Assembly (NCBI GenBank): GCA_964499705.1
Contig: CAZCME010000022.1
Coordinates: 61,215 to 81,214 of the forward strand
Reading direction: 5' to 3'
Length of the DNA stretch: 20,000 nt
DNA from: an uncultured bacterium
GTDB lineage: Bacteria; UBA8481
Shown here: positions 12,301 through 17,946 of the stretch, piece by piece
Layout: every line of letters begins with the position of its first letter
Numbering within the stretch: the first letter of the stretch is position 1
The notes under the pieces: model-generated
What the model saw: only the letters and a program-made list of their open reading frames with translations
What the model was told of the DNA's origin: nothing
The model's database searches: none
Position numbers and translations under genes: made by a program

Positions 12301-15300
12301 GTTTCGTTTACGGGCAACGCCGGCGCGTCCGCTGTCATTGACACCGTCGCGCTGTATAAAGACGGGAACCAGAACAAGGCACTCGATGCCGTTGTCGATA
12401 CCGTCGCCGCCTATCTGCCCTTCATGAGCGGCTCGACATGGGGATCGACATCGCTTGCTGTTTCGCTGCCCGACTTCCAGAGCGGATTCGATTCGTTCCT
12501 CATCGTCGTCACGTTGCGAGACACCGCGACGCCGGGAGACACATTGCGCGCGACGATCCCGGCAGGAATGGTGAAGACGCAGCAGCGCGAGACCGGGCCG
12601 GCCTCGAACGAGATCTCCCCGGCCACCTTCAGCGTCGCCGCTGCCTTCGCAAACCTCTTCATCGACCCGCTGAAGCCGGCCGGCGCTTCCATCGCTCCCT
12701 CGGGCGTCGATCTCACCGCGGTTATGGCGATGACGATCGGAGGCGCCGCGAATGATTCCGTAACGGTCTTCTCCGTCGCCTTCGACGGCAACGCTGGACT
12801 CACGACGCAGCTCGATACCGTCTTCCTCTATCGCGACGCCGACCGCTCCGCCACTCTGACAGCGGGCGACACTTCGATCGCCACGCTCGCGTACCAGTCG
12901 GGCGTCACGTACCGGCTCACGACCCCCTGGGCGCTCGGTACCTCCGGTCTCGACTCCTTCCTCGTCGTCATCTCCATCCGCGACACGGTGCCCGGATCCG
13001 ACACCGTCCGCGCCTTCATCCCGGTCAACTCGGTCAAGACGACGTCGCGGGAAACCGTGCCGAATGCGGCCTCGTATGCTCCGGCGACATTCCTCACCGA
13101 GTCGGGCGTTTCGCTCGTCGTCCGGATCCTCGTCAACGCGAACACGCTATCGGAGACGATCTCGCCCTTGAACGTCGACCTGAACCGGGTCATGTCGTTG
13201 ACGGTCGTCGGCTCCGTCGGCGACACGCTCCAGAACTTCGCGGTCACCTTGAACGGCAACGCGGGCGCGGCGTCGCGCCTCGAATACGTCCTCCTCTATC
13301 GCGACGTGAACAAGAACGGGAACTTCGATTCGGGATCGGAACAGTATATTTCCGGCCTCATCAACACCTCCGGCCAGACGTACAAGATCAACTTCCTCGG
13401 CTGCACGCTGGGCGTCACCGGCGCGGATTCGTTCCTCGTGGTGCTCTCGTATCGCGACACGGCGACATCGGGAGAAACCGTCCACGCGGAGATACCGGCC
13501 GGATCGTGCACGACGACACTGAAGCTCGGCGGTCCGGCGATCGCCTTCGCGGCGCCGGCGGCGTTCACGATCTTCGACCTCAATCCGCCGAATCCGTTCA
13601 CATTGCTCGCTCCGCCGACGCCGCACGACACCGGCACAACGAGCGTCAACCTGCGATGGAACGCATCGTCGGATGCTGGTTCGGGCCTCGCGGCCTACAA
13701 GGCGCAGGTATCGCGCTTTGCGAACTTCTCGGTGTTGGTGGTCGACACCTCGACCGGCCTCGCGCGTTCGATCACGCCGCTCCTCACGCCGACCGGAGGC
13801 GGAGTGGACAGCTTCTACTGGCGCGTGAAGGCGTTCGACGTGAACGGCAACGCAAAGACGTCGACGGATACCGGCTTCTTCCGGCTCGATCTCATCGCGC
13901 CTTCGAAGCCGACGGCGCAGCAGCCGCCCGCGGAGCACGACACGATCACGTCTTCCGTATCGTTCTCCTGGTCCGCCTCATCCGATACCTTCTCCGGCCT
14001 GAAGAGGTATCGCCTGCAGATTGCGTCCGATCCGACCTTCGCGACGATTACGACAGACTCGGCCGTGGGATTGAATCCCGCCGGATCGCTGACGTTGGCG
14101 AGTTCCGCAACGTACTACTGGCGCGGCGTCGCGGAAGACACGGCCGGAAACATTGCTTCCACCGACTCTCGAAGGTTGACGATCATCGGAGCCGGACCGA
14201 CCGCGCCGACGCTGACGGGACCGGCCGACATGATCGATACGAACTCGACCACGGTGACATTCTCCTGGAACGCATCCTCCGATTCCTTCTCCACTGTGAC
14301 GGGATACCGACTCATCATCGATACATCCTCCTCCTTCGCGGCACCGGCGATCGATTCGGCCACAGGCCTCGCGACATCGGCGACAAGAACCCTCGCCGCG
14401 AACAGGACGTACTACTGGCGCATCGTCGTGACGAACGCCGCGAGCCTCACGACAAACTCCGTGACCCGCGTCCTGACGACCGACACGGTCTGCACCGTCG
14501 CGCTCTTCTCGCCGCCTGACGCGACGACCACTACGGATTCTCGGCCGACATTCCTCTGGCTGACGAACGTGACCGGCGTCCACAGAGACACCTTCACGTT
14601 CCAGCTCGCGACCGACACGGCGACGCCGACGATCGTCCTCGCTTCCACGCAGAAGACGACCTCCTTCCAGCCGGGCGCGACGCTGGCGGGCGCGACCTAC
14701 TTCTGGCGCGTCGCCGCCGTCGACACGGCCGGGAACGCCGAGACGACCGCGTGGAGGACGATCACGATCGACACAGGCGGCATCATCGTGGACACGATCC
14801 CACCGGCATCGTTCGCCCTGGATGCACCGGAGAACAACTTCTACACGAATGCATCGGTCGTGACGTTCAAGTGGAACCTGACGACCGACACACCGTCGGG
14901 CATCGCGCAGTACAAAATCCAGGTGGACGACGACTCGACTTTCGCCAGCATGCTCCATGACACATCGGTCGGCGCGACGACCGATACGAAGGCTCTCTCT
15001 CTGCCGGCCAACTCCACGCACTACTGGCGCGTCATCGCGATCGACGGCTCGGCGAACCAGACCTTCTCCCAGACGTCGCGCGCGATCATCACGGACAACG
15101 TCGCGCCTTCGTCGCCGACACCTCTCATCCGCCCGACGAGCGGCGAGGATACATCGGTCGCCTCCGTCGCGTTCCGGTTCACGGCCTCCAGCGACACGCA
15201 GAGCGGCATCAAGAAGTACACCGTCCAGGTCGACACGTCCGGGACGTTCTCCGCGCCTCTCCTGACAGGCGAAGGAACGACGACGACGATCGTCGTCACA

Positions 15301-17946
15301 GGCTTCTCGCAGAACACATGGTTCTGGCGCGTCATCGCGGAGGACACCGCGGGCAATACGACCGCGTCGACGCAGGACACGTTCCGGATCATCTCCGTGC
15401 CGCCCTCGGTTCCGCAGCCGGTCTCGCCCATCTCCGGCCAATTCAAGGCCGACACGAGCATCGCTTTCGACTGGACGGACGCCGCGAATCTCGGAGCGCC
15501 GCTGAAGAGGTATATTCTCCACGCCTCGACGGATTCGCTCTTCGCTTCGATCCCGGTCCAGGACACGACGGCGGACACCGCAAGCGCGGACACAGTCGGA
15601 GGCTTCACGGCCGGCACATGGTACTGGCGCGTCGCGGCGGAGGACACGCTCGGCAACGTCTCGAGCTTCTCCGGCGTCGCGCACTTCACCGTGGAGACGG
15701 CGCTGCCGGCGACGCCCTCGATCAGCGCTCCGGCGAACAACACGGTGACGCGCCTCAACACCGTGACGTTCACGTGGACCGCGACCGGATCGATGCCCTC
15801 CTCAGGCTTGAACGGATACCAGATGCAGATCATCGACAACAACTCCGTCGTGGCGCTCGATACGTTCGTCCTGACAAGCCTGACATCGTATTCGCTCGTC
15901 GTCTCCGGATTCGGCGAGACGACGTATGCGGTCCGCGTCCGTTCGAGGTCGAACGCGGGGACGAACGGTTCGTTCAGCTCCGCCGTCACCTTCGCCTTCG
16001 ACTTCACGCCGCCTGTCGGCGTGCCGACCTTGATCTCGCCGAAGAACGGAAGCGGCACGACAGTGACCGCGCCTTCGTTTGCGATCACGGGCACGACGGA
16101 CACCGGCCCCGGCGGAACGACGGTGCGGTACCGTTTCCAGGCCTCGCGCTCGACGAACTTCGACACGCCGCTGACGAGCCAACTCCTGGGATCGGCGACG
16201 ATCTTCACACCGACGTATCTCTTCTCAGACTCCGGTGCGTACTACTGGCGGGTCGCGGCCGTCGACACGGTCGGAAACCAGGGCGCCTACTCGGGATCGG
16301 AAAGCTTCACGCGTCCCCCGCCGCCGGACACGACGCCGCCGATCGCGCCGGACGGACTGATCGCCGTCGCCGACGACGCGTTGAATATCAGCCTGACATG
16401 GAACAAGTCGCCGTCGGCGGACATGGACTCCGGCGGACAGTACAACATCTACTGGAACGAAGGCCGCGAAAGTGCGACTTCGGATACGCTCTTCAAGATC
16501 GTCGCGCATACTACCGCCGACTCGTACACGTACAGGACCAGCGATGACACGATCCTCGTGAACGGACTGTTCTACCGCTTCAAGGTCCGGGCTCAGGATC
16601 GCTCCGGCAACGAAGACCGGAACGATGTGACGGTCGGAGCGCTCGCGCGGCTCGGGGCACAGAACATAAGCTACGCGATCATCTTCAACCCCGACGCGGG
16701 GCGGCGCGTCGAGCGGAACGGCGGCGTCCAGATCCAGGCGAGGCTCCAGGGCAACTTCCGAATGCTCGTCGACACAATCACCTTCCAGTTCCGGCCTGAA
16801 CAGGGCGGCATCTGGTGGCCGATGAAAGTCTCGGCGACCGGCCAGTCGCAGAATCCGCAGTACATCGGCGACGAGTCGAAGACAGTGTACGGGATGCACT
16901 GGGACGCGCTCGGAGACTCGACCTTCGCGGACAGCTTCTACGAAATCCGCGCAATCGTGACGAATAAGGACGGATCGATGAGCACGCAGCTCTCCGTGGC
17001 GAACTTGATCGAAATGAAATCTCCGGGCAACGCGGACTCCGACGTGATCACGGCGGTAGGAGCGGACACGGTGTATGTGGATCAGAGGATGCACTCGAAC
17101 CGCCAGAACCGGATGGATGTCTCGAACGGCGAGGATACGTCCGGAAGCGTGACGATCGACGAGGACGGCATCAATCCGACCGATGACACGACGCAGGCGC
17201 GCGGAAAAATGAAGGGACAGTCGGCGAAGAAATCGAACGGCGGAGCGGGACAGGCATTCGGCTTTGCCATCGGTTCGACGGAGCAGAACCAGATCGACGC
17301 CGCGATCGGCAAGGACACGCCGATCGGCATGGCTCTCTCGATCACGTTGCCAGGCGGCCAGACAACGCTTCTGAACGGCAAGTTCGCCTACGTGACGATC
17401 AGCTACCCGCGCCTCAACGATTCCGGGTTTGTCCCCGGCACGAGCGCGAAACCGGAGAGCCTCGTGATGCGCGCGGCGTCGGAAGGCGACGCGGACAGCC
17501 GGCAACTGACGATTCTCTCCATCGACACGATCAACCGCACCATCACCGCTCGCACCGATCGGTTCTCGACGTTCCTCCTCGTGGTCCCCAACGCCGGCAG
17601 TGGAGGCCCGGGCAACCAGGCGAGCCTGGCGCGCTTCATGGTCTACCCGAACCCGTGGCGTCCGAACGACGGCAAGGCGACGACGGGAGAAGAATACGAC
17701 GCGGCGAATCCGCGGACGACGGGCATCGTCTTCGACAATCTGCCGGCCCGGGTGCGCGTCGAAGTGTACACGCTGAAGGGCGAACGGATCTTCGATCGGA
17801 CGACGGCGGTGAACGACGGCTTCGTGACGTGGAACGTCCGGAACAGCGGATCCGGCGAAAGAATCGCGTCGGGATACTACATCTACATCGTGACGGATCT
17901 GGCTTCGGGTCAACGGGTTACGGGCAAGCTGGCGGTGATCCGATGA
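1..17946 (+). CDS. Giant multidomain secreted surface protein / adhesin with parallel beta-helix, FN3/Ig-like repeats and a C-terminal T9SS-type sorting domain (5'-truncated by the window, at least 5981 aa)
   Basis: Frame +1 is open from base 1 (A-P-K-A-P-D-T-V-T-A-T...) to TGA at 17944-17946. The GTG at 22 used by the ORF track lies inside a repeated motif (APxxPDTV also at 2059, 3937, 6055), so it is not the real start. The protein is Ser/Thr/Asp/Ala/Asn-rich with clear modular repeats and GC-ending codons. No signal peptide is visible in the window. Confidence 0.95.
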   Translation, partial: APKAPDTVTATAVDSTRIRIDFTNPIVTSEESETTIGFSTHRVYRSNTVDSTNWILRGATTSGMYTDSGLSQGATAFYRVTSVDNHTPTENQSFYSDSIPSATTATASVLAAAAMPIAGPIHRSSVGPTDSTIFAITISGANPDTVASITLALLGSNIPDSDVDTIAMYRDGNRNGIYESNQDTFVANLTAGGSSNFLASNSCTIAGVDSFVFTFAFEDTSFFTDTFTVRLPAGGVVLSNAGTGPGTPINLAGNWTVNAGIDTNGANKWYVNDTSTSGDSFTSREGASYWSGLSSQTPKRHIHEVTPFLTSGDTIMIDAGLYESYSIIVLGVESAVIKIDTDGVFVIGRDSAMTIIDPDGTNSTVGLYGLYADTQTGLTIRNIGFTGAWNGINFYNVDSSVISGDSVLSSGEHGILLQEGSDTNTVTATVSSGNSQHGVMVTTASSNNTITAGKFATNNTGIRLNPNTGNNTVTQNTVTSPSVYGIDLTTSSGNFVASNTVIGSSVDGIILSSSSSNNTLSGNSVVGSIQHGVYLTSSTGNTVINNAVKGNGQHGIYLLSASNNNILGNLISGNTGRGLFLDISSNVVAERNQIDSNANYQFYIDGASVSDTIRKNNILASPTFPDSLAYSGITTAGVQIDVQRNWWGTVDSSILKSRIWGPSRDSIAYVRYRLGFVDTTLYADTVAPARPDTVTATAIDSTRVLVLWTSVQTSEETETSFDLMTYRVWRANSPESSIYILRGTIATPSFTDSGLTQGQTAYYRVTSIDNHVPENQSFYSDSQPSATTATASVATAALMPIAGPIHRAISVNPDSTIFAFSVYGANPDTINAVGVNLLGNMPDSDVDTIAFYRDGNKDGLYQSNQDTFISNLPFVSGVTWRATALSAVLSGADSFVLTFALEDTANFRDTFTVSIPSSEITMSLAGSAPQTMSSPDIWRVSAGVDTSIANIWYVNDSSTTGDSFTAAVGADYYNGLTIQTPFRTINAVEPFLTAGDTIKVDGGFYYEIDTISILVNGIFLIGMDSVNTVIRFDTTGVGGGRTIYATGRTNLTFRNFRVTNGYNGIWWDNVDLSTIDRVRADSHGQYGVYLLTNSDTNSLIANTSSGNLGFGIHFDGSSNNTLTSNNSSGNLGRGFMFTLSSNNTLTSNTSSGNSSFGIYLSASSNNTLTSNTSSGNLSYGILLSGSSNNNTLTSNTSSGNSNYGIYLSSSSNNLVRQNTVDSNASWGFFIDGASVTDTFSKNVWKGPTSGLATESCVFIDVGLGRFEFSRNWWNTTDSSVIRNRINPASRDSVIYLPFRLGIVDTAPLADTVAPKAPDTVTAVALDSTRVTITWAAVSLSEEIETGLDLGGYRIYRSNAADSTNWVIRGGTPGVQSFQDSGLASGATFFYRVTSFDNHTPYENQSFYSDSITSATTPGPSIILTDTPNAGPIHRAALGADSTILAMSVTGANPDTLTSATIFVTGNIASTDVDTIALYRDGNKSGRYEPNQDTFIGNLPNAGGSVYTGISFSAVINGSDSFVFTISLEDTASFADTFQIALSSNSVGLANTGSAPATQLDVPGIWTVNAGIDTSGPNVWYVNDNSTSGDSFTSSVGADYFNGLTIQTPRRNITMVTPFLTAGDTIYIDAGLFDSIVQLVPFVETAAIHIDTNGIFVIGKDSLSTIIDPIGSVSDVGLFGIYADTQSGLTIRNLGVRGAWDGIHLRNVGNSLLFGDSVSYNGQNGIYLTATSDTNTIANNISNSNLNGIYIFNASRNNTVSNNLASANTGKGITLATTADNNFLTSNNASSNSSDGIYLNAVTGNSLTSNTANGNGAYGIEVNNSTNNTLDTNTAMSNASHGIILATSSSGNTLTANEASVNTANYGIYISSSNNNTLRNNKANGNTHGIYIFSSSGITAVHNSADSNSQDGFHLDIATTTTITSNDAINNARYQVYIDGASATTLFSKNNLLTPPSTPDSAIFNNSTSGSLFTSIRNWFGTRDSSSVRNKIWGPARDSVPYSPYRLGGVDTASGADTTAPDAPDTVVAVGLGENQIRVTWGAVTTQEEVNGGAIGLGGYRIYRSTTQETSNWVLRGDVSSGTQTFDDSGLASFESQYYRITAYDVSTPENQSFYSDSTAAGITADTTPPNAFTLIAPAVTTDTNIVTLIFSWNASSDSGGISGYKLQVDTVLSFFTPFIDSATGNVTSCTRVLPANDSYFWRIIAIDNALNTTVSTSRTLRVDTTLPTTVTLNSPPAGYDTSNLFNFFQWSASSDNLGGVYYRFQIDTSGVFSAPLYTEDTTVTSLIRSNPANDTYYWRVVAIDSATNQAPSATRIFRIDTAPPSAAAVPTLPATNYDTSVTTITFTWSAAVDSQSGIRRYRIQADTSGTFAASIYDTFTSYAANDSRTFAANDTYYWRIVAEDSAGNTSNSGSRIFRIDTTLPSVVVPIVPPVTADTNLTTVQFAWNAAADSISGLSHYRIQIDTSGVYGSPLVDSIVAGSVTTCSRTLSANDTYYWRVLGVDTAGNINTNSFNSSILRIDTTTPQTFVTNLPTANYDTNVATIEFWFNSSADSISGLSHYRLQIDTQNTFASLYVDSVVAATVNNCSRTLAVNDTYYWRIVAVDAATNTFASTSKQLRIDTTGVSAPGLMSPSAGHDTNNTNITFTWAASTAVTGVSYYRLQVDTTSSFATPFIDSQTPLTSGARALPANDTYFWRVVAVDNAGNTNAAAPRRVRVDTAGPNGIVTLLAPLSNSDTRLTTVSFSWAGGSDAFTGLLGYRLQVDTANTFATPLVDSFTPLTSGTRTLTANDTYYWRILAVDSATNTAATSSEFFRVDTAPPTAPSLLSPATGHDTNVTTFSFLWGASVDNLNLADYRFQLATTGTFASIVADSIFTSVGCSQTFAPNDTYYWRVIARDSAGNADTSVTRLFRVDTSTPSVVVLATPATNSDTNLTTINLSWNAASDSISGLQKYRLQIDTNAIFSAPIVDSVVAGTVTTTSRTLAANDTYWWRIIAVDTATNTSTSASNIIRIDTTTPSVVTQISPANGLNTSAMAITFTWNAASDSISGVRKYRLQVDTQNIFSVLVADSFTTATSQAVTLATNDSYFWRVITEDSAGNMSVTASYTFRADNGAPSAPGLVLPAAGSDTSVTSILFTWTASADSSGINGYRLQIDTTSAFMAPFIDSFTPLLTATRSVPANDSYFWRVIAIDNTLNTTASSFRSFREDTTTPAVTALIAPTTGHDTKNSTITFSWTSSSDSISGLENHTLQIDTNPAFSSPIFVAAVALGTSMQYAAAPNDTYYWRVIARDSAQNTSVSESRIVRIDSVPPSVASPVAPSNGLNTSALTVNFSWSASTDTLSGVKNYRLQVDTANTFASLVIDSVTTSTSQSVAFATADSYYWRIVTNDSATNASTSSSATFRIDQGGPSAPGLLVPGANEDTNNTTITFTWAAASDSSGISGYRIQIDTSSSFTAPLVDSFTPLLTASFTKPANDSYYWRVVAIDNSGNTTAATARLFRIDTTTPTAVTQLLPPDNYDTNAITNLTLTWTGASDSISGVRHYRIQIDTSNAFATPPVDSTTPNTYFITGYPAKNDTYYWRIITVDSASNATTGAMRHFRFDTSTPAAFSLTSPGPILDTTATTVTFTWSSSADSISGLAGYRFLMTGGGAFGLDTTIQTTTITLLLPANDTYSWQVNATDSATNVTIAGPRTVRIDTVAPSAAALTGPTANQNLNVPSVLFSWSGASDSVGVASYKLQVDTAGTFVASFYESTVAASQTTLIRTLPANDSYFARVITFDSAGNSTNGSSVFFRIDTQAPVKPTLTAPNDGIETNELSVTFSWTASTDTVSGFAGYRLQVDTVGNFAFPMFDSPTSATSITASLHANDTFTWRVRAADSAGNVAISDTRYFVIDTGTQPAVVRLHPTLPAGANINPVGVDLTSIASISVSGDTTDSLNVFSVELQGSAGAANKIQNLYLYRDVNRDATLDTSVDSLVCSLSNTSSQLYAAPQGLGFVFTNGESMIVAVRFRDTTPVGDTVNLKLNANTVKTGARDTAPSIPLFAAGTFTISYVASTIVTVEQASPVNGSITAVGADQTVIMALTVGGSSAGDTLTQFRVSFTGNAGASAVIDTVALYKDGNQNKALDAVVDTVAAYLPFMSGSTWGSTSLAVSLPDFQSGFDSFLIVVTLRDTATPGDTLRATIPAGMVKTQQRETGPASNEISPATFSVAAAFANLFIDPLKPAGASIAPSGVDLTAVMAMTIGGAANDSVTVFSVAFDGNAGLTTQLDTVFLYRDADRSATLTAGDTSIATLAYQSGVTYRLTTPWALGTSGLDSFLVVISIRDTVPGSDTVRAFIPVNSVKTTSRETVPNAASYAPATFLTESGVSLVVRILVNANTLSETISPLNVDLNRVMSLTVVGSVGDTLQNFAVTLNGNAGAASRLEYVLLYRDVNKNGNFDSGSEQYISGLINTSGQTYKINFLGCTLGVTGADSFLVVLSYRDTATSGETVHAEIPAGSCTTTLKLGGPAIAFAAPAAFTIFDLNPPNPFTLLAPPTPHDTGTTSVNLRWNASSDAGSGLAAYKAQVSRFANFSVLVVDTSTGLARSITPLLTPTGGGVDSFYWRVKAFDVNGNAKTSTDTGFFRLDLIAPSKPTAQQPPAEHDTITSSVSFSWSASSDTFSGLKRYRLQIASDPTFATITTDSAVGLNPAGSLTLASSATYYWRGVAEDTAGNIASTDSRRLTIIGAGPTAPTLTGPADMIDTNSTTVTFSWNASSDSFSTVTGYRLIIDTSSSFAAPAIDSATGLATSATRTLAANRTYYWRIVVTNAASLTTNSVTRVLTTDTVCTVALFSPPDATTTTDSRPTFLWLTNVTGVHRDTFTFQLATDTATPTIVLASTQKTTSFQPGATLAGATYFWRVAAVDTAGNAETTAWRTITIDTGGIIVDTIPPASFALDAPENNFYTNASVVTFKWNLTTDTPSGIAQYKIQVDDDSTFASMLHDTSVGATTDTKALSLPANSTHYWRVIAIDGSANQTFSQTSRAIITDNVAPSSPTPLIRPTSGEDTSVASVAFRFTASSDTQSGIKKYTVQVDTSGTFSAPLLTGEGTTTTIVVTGFSQNTWFWRVIAEDTAGNTTASTQDTFRIISVPPSVPQPVSPISGQFKADTSIAFDWTDAANLGAPLKRYILHASTDSLFASIPVQDTTADTASADTVGGFTAGTWYWRVAAEDTLGNVSSFSGVAHFTVETALPATPSISAPANNTVTRLNTVTFTWTATGSMPSSGLNGYQMQIIDNNSVVALDTFVLTSLTSYSLVVSGFGETTYAVRVRSRSNAGTNGSFSSAVTFAFDFTPPVGVPTLISPKNGSGTTVTAPSFAITGTTDTGPGGTTVRYRFQASRSTNFDTPLTSQLLGSATIFTPTYLFSDSGAYYWRVAAVDTVGNQGAYSGSESFTRPPPPDTTPPIAPDGLIAVADDALNISLTWNKSPSADMDSGGQYNIYWNEGRESATSDTLFKIVAHTTADSYTYRTSDDTILVNGLFYRFKVRAQDRSGNEDRNDVTVGALARLGAQNISYAIIFNPDAGRRVERNGGVQIQARLQGNFRMLVDTITFQFRPEQGGIWWPMKVSATGQSQNPQYIGDESKTVYGMHWDALGDSTFADSFYEIRAIVTNKDGSMSTQLSVANLIEMKSPGNADSDVITAVGADTVYVDQRMHSNRQNRMDVSNGEDTSGSVTIDEDGINPTDDTTQARGKMKGQSAKKSNGGAGQAFGFAIGSTEQNQIDAAIGKDTPIGMALSITLPGGQTTLLNGKFAYVTISYPRLNDSGFVPGTSAKPESLVMRAASEGDADSRQLTILSIDTINRTITARTDRFSTFLLVVPNAGSGGPGNQASLARFMVYPNPWRPNDGKATTGEEYDAANPRTTGIVFDNLPARVRVEVYTLKGERIFDRTTAVNDGFVTWNVRNSGSGERIASGYYIYIVTDLASGQRVTGKLAVIR
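3304..3651 (+). repeat. About five near-identical 69-bp (23-aa) tandem repeats encoding beta-helix coils
   Basis: AG(T/C)TCGGGCAAT and TCGAGCAA(C/T)AAC recur, with GAGCAA at 3351, 3420, 3489, 3558 and 3630 (spacing 69, 69, 69, 72). The peptide unit is SSNNTLTSNTSSGNxxxGIxLxx. Confidence 0.9.
6373..11685 (+). repeat. Array of 18 tandem ~98-aa FN3/Ig-like beta-sandwich repeats
   Basis: Consensus DTxxP...LxxP...DTxxxxIxFxWxASxDSxSGxxxYRxQ(I/V)DT...F...DS...LxANDTYYWR(V/I)xAxDxAxN. Units start at 6373, 6667, 6958, 7258, 7564, 7864, 8155, 8452, 8743, 9043, 9337, 9628, 9925, 10219, 10510, 10810, 11095 and 11392. Confidence 0.92.
11686..13575 (+). repeat. Four ~155-aa Ig-like modules carrying an acidic, putative Ca-binding loop
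   Basis: Each has G(N/S)AG...LY(R/K)Dx(N/D)..., then hydrophobic strand-RDT and a T-G/A/V-P motif. Loop Asp codons are at 11890, 12361, 12835 and 13303. The modules resemble the Ig-like unit of the N-terminal supermodules. Confidence 0.8.
13576..16650 (+). repeat. Second array of nine ~100-aa FN3/Ig-like repeats followed by a more canonical FN3 domain
   Basis: Same W...Y..Q...YYWRVxAxDxxGN pattern as the first array, with starts near 13576, 13888, 14188, 14482, 14791, 15094, 15394, 15694 and 16000. The FN3 from 16327 reads DTTPPIAPDGL...ISLTWNKS...YNIYW...YRFKVRAQDRSGNE. Confidence 0.85.
17644..17943 (+). other. C-terminal T9SS type A-like sorting domain (FlgD-Ig-like CTD)
   Basis: After a Gly/Pro linker: YPNP...IVFDNLP...VEVYTLKGERI...VTWNVRN...GERIASGYYIYIV...GKLAVIR-stop. 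This matches the recognised YPNP / GxY / terminal K-hydrophobic-hydrophobic-hydrophobic-basic CTD pattern. Confidence 0.8.

Noticed and set aside
17655-17942. 96-aa N-terminal extension of the barrel ORF in the ORF track
   Set aside because: It overlaps the cargo CTD in another frame. The ATGA overlap and the signal peptide place the start at 17943 (or 17949).
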